From Octopus vulgaris (taxonomy: Eukaryota), in assembly GCA_951406725.2 (NCBI GenBank), contig OX597826.1, forward strand, positions 43,338,001-43,402,000: a stretch of 64,000 bases of DNA, read 5' to 3'. Positions 56,303 to 64,000 of this stretch are shown here, one piece after another; position 1 is the stretch's first letter; each line of letters starts with the position of its first letter. Under the pieces are notes generated by a model. It made no database searches. It was given only the letters and a program-made list of their open reading frames with translations, and was not told the DNA's origin. A program made the translations under genes and the position numbers.

Positions 56303-56809
56303 TATACATACACACACAAACACACATATATATACATATATATATATATATGTTATGTATGAAAGTATTTATGCATCCCTATATAATCACAGACACATGT
56401 ACATAAACGCACACACACACACACCTATACACACACATATGCAACACTTGTGCACATGTACGTGTACATATATAAATAATTCTCTCAATGTACATGTATA
56501 CCGATGTAAACATTTTTAGGATAATAATTCTTAATTGAAATATCGGTTTTTATGCGGAGTCTCCAGTCTTAATCTTTCTTCTTTTTCATTAAAAAATAAT
56601 GAAATAAATTATAAAAAATAACATTACATAGAATAAGCAAATGAATAAATGTAAAAAAAACAACAAAACAAAACAGAAAAATATATAAATATGAAAATAT
56701 AATTACATAAAATAATAAAACTAAGAGGTAAATAAATGAAGCTTTATTGCATATCTTTTAGTAAATGTTGCTTAGTAAAATATTCAGAAGATATGTTGCT
56801 GTTTTTATC

Positions 56810-56816
56810 CTCATCG

Positions 56817-56873
<57 letters not shown>

Positions 56874-56939
56874 CTCTCACCATTATCATCATCGTCACCA
56901 GCACCATCTTCATTGTTGTTGTTATTATTATCATTATCG

Positions 56940-57036
<97 letters not shown>

Positions 57037-57110
57037 CATCATTATTATTATTATTATTATTATTATCATCATTATTATTATTATTATTATTATCATTATC
57101 ATCATCATCA

Positions 57111-57144
<34 letters not shown>

Positions 57145-57281
57145 CATCATTATTATTATTATTATTATTACAACTAACATCATCATCATTGTTGTGGTTG
57201 TTGTTGTTGTTATTAATATTATTATTATTATTATTATTAATATTTATTATTATTATGATAATGATGATGATGATGATGATG
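56810..57281. repeat. (TCA)n/(TTA)n compound microsatellite
   Basis: Read directly. Confidence 0.95.
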
Positions 57282-59564
57282 TTTCAAGCTATAAAACATG
57301 GGCAACAATAACGAAACTGTTTCAGACGAAATTGTGAACATTTCTCGTAACATATCAATTTACTGTAAATTAAATTGAAAAATATTGCTTTAATATGTAA
57401 AATTTAAAAAAAGTTATGGCGTTAAAATCTTTTTAATGTTGCTTTCATATATGAACATATCTTTTGAGAGAAACATGGCTTATAAGAAAACTCTTATTTA
57501 TCACAGCTAAGAATACATTTACTACAAGCAATGATTGCTTTTCCATAATATAGCCTGCATTTTCTTCTATTAAATTGAGATTGCGTCTCTGAATGGTGAA
57601 CAAGTGTAAAATTCTTGTGATTATTTCCGGTTCTAATCCGTACGGAGGAAACTTGCTTCAGCTGACGTTTTCTTTTTTCTCTCCTTGCTATACTTTGCAA
57701 AAATTTCTTGTTTATAGACTTGTTTTCATCATGATTCTGTTTTATGTATGGTTATTTCTATGTTACGTAGTTATTTGGATGAGCTTACATTGAGGTTAAT
57801 ACTAGATACAGAGGGAGAGAGCGAGAGAGTGAGTGAGTGAGTGAGAGAGTGAGAGAGTGAGAGAGAACGAAAGAGAAACAGAAAGAGAGAGAAAGATAGA
57901 AGGTGAAGCCTATCTCCTTGGGATTTGAAGATGGAGTGCAGTGGCTCATAGCTAAATATTACACAGCGTTTTTCTTCGCCTCTCTACTTATTGTGATCAG
58001 ACACCAAAAGCTTAGAACATCGTAACAACCTAGTAAAATATCCCTACTATAACTAGTACATATTCTAAAAAATGACACTGTCAGTACAATAAGACGAGAC
58101 ACACAGTACATTTTCTACAGTCACTTCCATAATATTGTTTCACGGACAAGCAATCACATCACCAAGAGAGCACAACAAAATTCACATAACAACGCATAAC
58201 TACAGAACAAATTGGATCTAACACAAAAACCTTTCCCTCACCTATATGAAATCTATATCATAATAAGAGCCGTGTTTTCTGTCCGTCCGTCTGTCTCTCC
58301 CGCCGTCTGTTTCTGCGTCACACACTATCTACAGACTACAATGGTTTTTTTTAGGTAATTTATTTAGAGAAGTAAGAAAAAAACACTGAATGTATTCAAT
58401 TTATTCATTAAATTCACATATTCAACGCAAAGAAAAATAAGGTTTATGTTTTATTTTTGGTCAAAGTTTATTTTTTTCTTGTATGAAAAAAAAAGACAAA
58501 AATTACCCATGAATATTTCATTCTCAAATACAACAATACGACAATAGACTGTGATGAAAGAAAAAAGATAAAGGAGAGGAGACTGGAAGAAGAAAGTTAA
58601 AGTTAATAAAAAATTACATCTGATTTACAAAACCTTCATTCAGTAAAATAGTTAATTCTGCTGTAAATATTTTCGATTTATTGAATGCACTGCTTGAAAC
58701 CAATTATTTTTGAGCTGGGTAAACTACTTCACAAAAGCCCCTTGTCAATAAAGCAGTAAATTCTGCTGAATGTCAGGTAAATATATTATTTTCCAACTTG
58801 AATATTTGCCGATATACAGCTATTGAGAATTTAAAACGTGGCGGTAACTGTCCTTATCGTGAACTCACCAAACTTATCATTTATCACTTTGTTTATATAT
58901 GAGGAGATTTCGGGTAAGATATTTCACTGAAATTTTACGTTATTATTGTGTGTTACGTTTATAGAATATTAGTTTTGTTATTCATCGTCTGTCACAAATA
59001 ATGCTAATATACACGCATAAATTCACAAATGTGCGAGGTTTTATGTGCTTCCTCAACCTGCTAGAAACAACAACGAAATACCTTGAGATAGCCTTCAAAT
59101 CATCCAGGCAGACACGTGATAATGATGAAATGAAAACGTCAACTAGTAACGTTTATGGAGAAGCCATCTAAGTAAATGAAAAATATTAGAGAATGCACGT
59201 TTTAAAGATAAACCTTTACTAGTTATACAATGTTAAAAGATTATTTACTAAGTTAAAGGAGGTGCTCCAGCATGGTCGCAGTAAAATAACTGAACCAAAT
59301 AAAAGAATAAGTCTTCACCGAGATAGAAAACATAAATTTCAATAATATACTCATTTAAAAAGTGTCTAATATGACATCTATTTTTTTTTAGAAAATGAAA
59401 GTTAATAACTTCCTAATTTTTTCTAATTCTTGCAAAAACACTAAAAACAATTAAAACTAAATATATGTCATTTTAAAGGTATCATCTTGAATGGATGAAC
59501 AATCTGAATTTAATATTTTACCGTCTTTCCGCCAGACGAGTATCAAACTAGCAGTAATAAATAT

Positions 59565-59931
59565 AAATAGGATTTCAAGCAAACGCAACGAGGCCTGAAA
59601 ATTAGGTCATTGATGAAATCTCTATGTGGTTGTTTCAAGTGCTAGAAACAAGACCCAAACTTTACTCAACTAAACTCCCTAATGTGATATTTAAAAATGG
59701 GTGGGGTAGGACTATTTGATAAAGTAGAAATATGACATGAAATAAAAATAAAGTAGAAATAGGGGTTTCAAGCAAACGCACAAGGCCTGAAAATTAGGTC
59801 ATTGACGAAATCACCATGTGGTTGTTTCACGTGCCAGAAACAAGACCCAAACTTCACTCAAATCAACTCCCTAATGTGATATTTAAAAATGGGTGGGGTA
59901 GGACTATTTGATAAAGTAGAAATATGACATG
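59565..59931. repeat. Tandem duplication, 2 x ~175 bp (period ~192)
   Basis: TTTCAAGCAAACGCA...GTAGAAATATGACATG occurs twice. Confidence 0.9.
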
Positions 59932-60459
59932 GTCACGACTGCAAAACCTTTCATTAGAGAACTAATGCATCAGAGTTGATTCGGTGCTAAACAACACAAA
60001 CAACATCAACAACATATTTTGGCATAAATATATTTAAATTTCCTAGACACACACAAAAGCTGAGACACTCATACATGCACACATCCTCACACACATATAT
60101 ATATATATATACATACACGCCAACAAATGACAGAAACACATATATACATATGCATGCATATTTATATACACATGCCTATGTGTGCGTATGTGTTTGTATG
60201 TGCTTATTGCAGCTGACACCTCATAAACAACTCCCGTACCCCTCGGCGTTGAGTACTGTTTTGAACTTCTCGCATGTACTTATATATACACTACACAACA
60301 CTATACTACTCTACACGCACATACATATACATACGCACACATACAAATATATGTAAACACATACTCACTGAAAAATACATATAGTGTGTCTGTTGGGTAA
60401 AGCAAATATCTATAGACTTGAAAAAAGAGCCCAATAGCAATTTCAGATGATGCAGTATA

Positions 60460-60505
<46 letters not shown>

Positions 60506-61047
60506 ATATATAAAAAATTAATAAATGAAACATGCATATATACATACATATATGTACTACCTACCTCTACATGTATATATACATGCATATATGGGTACAG
60601 GTCACCAAAAAGAACGTCGAACACAGTGAGAAACGAAAACATAAACACAAAACCAAGGAACTGGACATTTTTCTTAAACAACGAAAAAATAGAGTACAGG
60701 ATAAATAACACAAGCAAAATCCCCATTCTTCAGTCGCCATGGTTTCATCTACTCTGCGTATATATATATATATATATATGTATACACGCATATTAATATA
60801 TTAATATTTAGTAGAAGCAGCGAAGTGACTCAAGGGCCAGGTGTTTCGTGCGTTGGCATTCATGAAACTTGTTTTGAATTTATTTTAAAACATTTTTTTT
60901 TGCAATTGTCTGAAAATACAGATATAGACATGCCCAAATGCATCAATAAATTAACATTGATATTTTTTCACTCTCTGAAATGGAACTCATTCATCTGAAA
61001 TGAAACTGTCAAAGCGCAATATTCGAGCAATTTTGCTATTCGACTTC

Positions 61048-61078
<31 letters not shown>

Positions 61079-61257
61079 GTAAGACAGCCGAAATTGCTCG
61101 AGATATCAACGAAATGCTTGGTGAGGAAATGATGAGTGACTGGGTCAGTTCGAAAATGGTTTGAACGATTTCACAGTGGAGACCCGAGCCTAGAAGATCG
61201 TGAGCGTATATATACGAATGTATTTATGTATGTATGCCTGTGTATATATGATATATG

Positions 61258-61320
<63 letters not shown>

Positions 61321-61322
<2 letters not shown>

Positions 61323-61805
61323 TAAAAACAATTAAGATTCAAGTGAGTTCTATTGAATTCACGTGAATGCGGTACTTAACTTAGATGCACCAGAAATCTA
61401 TATGGTATTAACCATAAAATAATGTGGGGTGATTATAAACAAGAAAAAAGCAACAAGAATGGATTAGTTTTTCAGTAAAATTGTTTCATACGAAGACCAA
61501 CTTCATTAAAAGCTGCAAATATTGCAGCGAATACAAGTGTCCCGTACTCATCAGCCGAAACACATATGAGTTCTCCAAGCATCCTAGGGGGTGAGGCTAC
61601 ACTCATGAAGTATCGAAGATAGTTCTATAAAAAGCAAATTTAGATTGTAAGCGTACTTCCAAAGTTCTCTAATGATGTACAGTCTTATAACAGGCTTTAA
61701 AAAAGCTTGTTAGCTTCACAGAAAAGGTAAATCCATCCATAATGTAGGTGCAATTACCGGAGATATGTACTGAAAAACTAATCTATTCTTGTTGCATTTT
61801 TCTTG
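61321..61805 (-). mobile_element. (TA)n-flanked non-coding element with a hammerhead motif; second copy begins at 63875
   Basis: 61328-61447 aligns with 63878-64000; microsatellite on both sides. Confidence 0.75.
61467..61563 (-). ncRNA. Type-I hammerhead-like motif with extended stem II
   Basis: Minus strand: GTGTTTCGG-CTGATGA-GTACGGGAC..GCTGCAA TAT TTGCAGC..GTCTTCGTAT-GAAA-CAATTTTA-CTGAAAAAC; stem I has 8 of 9 pairs. Confidence 0.65.
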
Positions 61806-62199
61806 TGTGTGTATATATATATATATATACATACATATGTACACACACACACACATATCTGTCATTGATGATTGTCAATTAAAGACCCTCATTGAGAAAG
61901 ATCTACGTAAAATCACTCGCGAACTGGCAATAGAACTTCAAGTTAGCCAGAAAACTACCTGCAACCATTTGCATGCAATTGGAAAATCAAAAAAGCTCGA
62001 GAAATGGTTACCATATAATTTGAATGAAAAACAGAAAATGCGCAGATATGAAATTTGCTGACTCTGTACAATAATAAAAAAGAACGTTGAGGGAAGTGTT
62101 GCGGTTCTAAGCTGCGCGATGCAGCTGAAATGCGATATAGATAAGTCAGGAGAAATTAAGATAATAATAATGATACTACTACTACTACTACTACTACTT

Positions 62200-62259
<60 letters not shown>

Positions 62260-62283
62260 ATAATAATAATAATAATAAATACC

Positions 62284-62515
62284 TATTTCTTTACTACCCA
62301 CAAGGGGCTAAACACAGAAAGGACAAACAAGGACAGAAAAATGATTAGGTCGATTATAACGACCCCAGTGCGTAACTGGTACTTATTTAATCGACCTCGA
62401 AAGGATAAAAGGCAAAGTCGACCTCGGCGGAATTTGAACTCAGAACGTAGCGGCAGACGAGATACCGCTGAGCATTTCGCCCGGCGTGCTAACGTTTCTG
62501 CCAGCTCGCCGCCTT
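62284..62515 (-). mobile_element. SINE family A with 16-bp TSD
   Basis: TSD AATAATAATAAATACC at 62268-62283 and 62517-62532. Confidence 0.9.
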
Positions 62516-62529
62516 CAATAATAATAAAT

Positions 62530-63047
62530 ACCCTGATGCAATACTAAGCTTTCATGGCTTCTCATCTTTACTGAATGGAAGTGTTATCATGTAAATTTCT
62601 TGTCTTGTTATAAAAGAGGGACTACAGCAAATATTCTGCTCATTACCTCAGATTTTCTTGTCAGTTGTTTGACCATAACCAGTTGAGCATGTCCTTTAGT
62701 GGCTGATGATATGTGCATCACTGATCACGAGCAGGAGTAGTCGGGGAGCATCATAGCCATGTGCTGAGAGGAGTTCTTTGGGGTTTGGATAATTCACCTC
62801 TGGAAACATAGGTGTTTCGTTCAACATCCTTAAACAACCTTTATTCAGGGACTTTTGAGTGGAATGGGCTACTCGATCTGGAGAAAATTCTAACTGGGCC
62901 CCATTTACAAGGTCCTGCGCTGTTAATCTTGATATGAGATGCATATCCCTGGTGTACCCTTATCAGACAGGTAGTCATGATGGGTATACTGGGCTTCGTA
63001 TATTTTACCCCAGCATCACTTTGATGGCATGCACTGCTCTCTCACTC
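62530..63047. mobile_element. ~520-bp complex-sequence element embedded in (AAT)n
   Basis: Higher-GC non-coding block with sharp (AAT)n boundaries on both sides; single copy in this window. Confidence 0.45.
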
Positions 63048-63093
63048 AATAATAATGATAATAATGATAATAAACATAATAATAATAATAAAC

Positions 63094-63178
<85 letters not shown>

Positions 63179-63214
63179 GCAGCAGCAGTAGTAGTAGTAG
63201 TAGTAGTAGTAGTA

Positions 63215-63528
63215 GTTTCAAATTTTGGAACAAGGCCAGCAAGTTTGTGGGTGAGGGTTAAGTAGATTACATCGACCCCAGGGATGAACTGGTACTTATT
63301 TTATCGACTCCGAAAGGATAAAAAACAAAGTCAGCTTCGGGGGAATTTCAATACAGACGGTAAAGACGGATGATACGCCGATAACGATTCTGCCAGGTCA
63401 ATAGGCGCAGGCGTGGCTGAGTAGTGAATAAACTTGCTTTATAACTGCTTGGTTTCGGGTTTAGTCCTTTTGCCGATCAATGACTTTGTGAAAGAGTTTG
63501 GTTGATGGAAACTATATGGAAGCCCGTC

Positions 63529-63535
<7 letters not shown>
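63215..63535. mobile_element. Diverged SINE A (minus, 63215-63400) and SINE B 5' half (plus, 63402-63535)
   Basis: Match to the family consensuses. Confidence 0.75.
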
Positions 63536-63599
<64 letters not shown>

Positions 63600-63723
63600 T
63601 GGTAAAAACCGTAAGATAACAAAAGAAAGAAAGAGACCTCAATTTACTAAGAGCTAATACGGCTTTTTTGGATTATCGCCTAACATCGGTTGAGGACTCT
63701 AACACACAGAAGAATTTAATATG

Positions 63724-63780
<57 letters not shown>

Positions 63781-63795
63781 CATATATATATATAC

Positions 63796-63874
<79 letters not shown>

Positions 63875-63878
<4 letters not shown>

Positions 63879-64000
63879 CAATTAAGATTCAAGTCAATTC
63901 TAATGAATTCACTTGAATATGGTACTTAACTTAGATGCACCAGAAAACTATATGGTGTTAACTAATACAATAGTGTGGGGTGATTATAAACGAGAAAAGA
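63875..64000 (-). mobile_element. Second copy of the 61321 element, cut off by the window end
   Basis: CAATTAAGATTCAAGT...GGTACTTAACTTAGATGCACCAGAAA...TGTGGGGTGATTATAAAC is shared; abuts (TA)n. Confidence 0.8.

Larger units (their letters stand above)
61000..62060 (+). pseudogene. Mariner (Hsmar1/Mos1-like) transposase N-terminal HTH region, frameshifted and split by an insertion at 61208-61857
   Basis: MKLSKRNIRAILLFDFK[polyA][40 protein letters not shown] // SVIDDCQLKTLIEKDLRKITRELAIELQVSQKTTCNHLHAIGKSKKLEKWLPYNL (WVPHEL-like motif). No DDD domain follows. Confidence 0.88.

Noticed and set aside
57498-57520. TATCACAGC, miR-2-like seed
   Set aside because: The rest does not match miR-2 and there is no complementary arm for a precursor hairpin.

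Overview
AT-rich, microsatellite-saturated eukaryotic genomic DNA. The repeat content (three tRNA-derived SINE families, RTE LINE ends, hAT MITEs, a broken mariner) looks like an octopus/coleoid cephalopod intron or intergenic region; this is inferred from repeat style and was not verified. I find no supportable host protein-coding exon. Nearly all long ORFs are translations of (TA)n, (CA)n, (TATG)n, (GAT)n, (ACT)n or (CCT)n tracts. The only real protein signals are dead transposon fragments: a Rex3/Expander-type RTE 3' end at 4.35-4.78 kb, a BovB-type RTE 3' end at 24.2 kb, and a mariner transposase N-terminus at 61-62 kb. The most interesting signal is a dispersed set of about ten short type-I hammerhead-ribozyme-like motifs (stem I - CUGANGA-like core - stem II - GAAA - palindromic stem III - NUH - stem I). 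They sit in several otherwise dissimilar 150-550 bp non-coding elements, most embedded in (TA)n/(TATG)n microsatellites. The architecture matches the minimal hammerheads of Penelope-like elements. One copy has the compensatory U3-A8 core covariation and another has a long inserted stem II. All folds were done by eye and no activity is demonstrated. SINE families are given working labels A, B and C. Repeat boundaries are approximate unless a TSD is stated.
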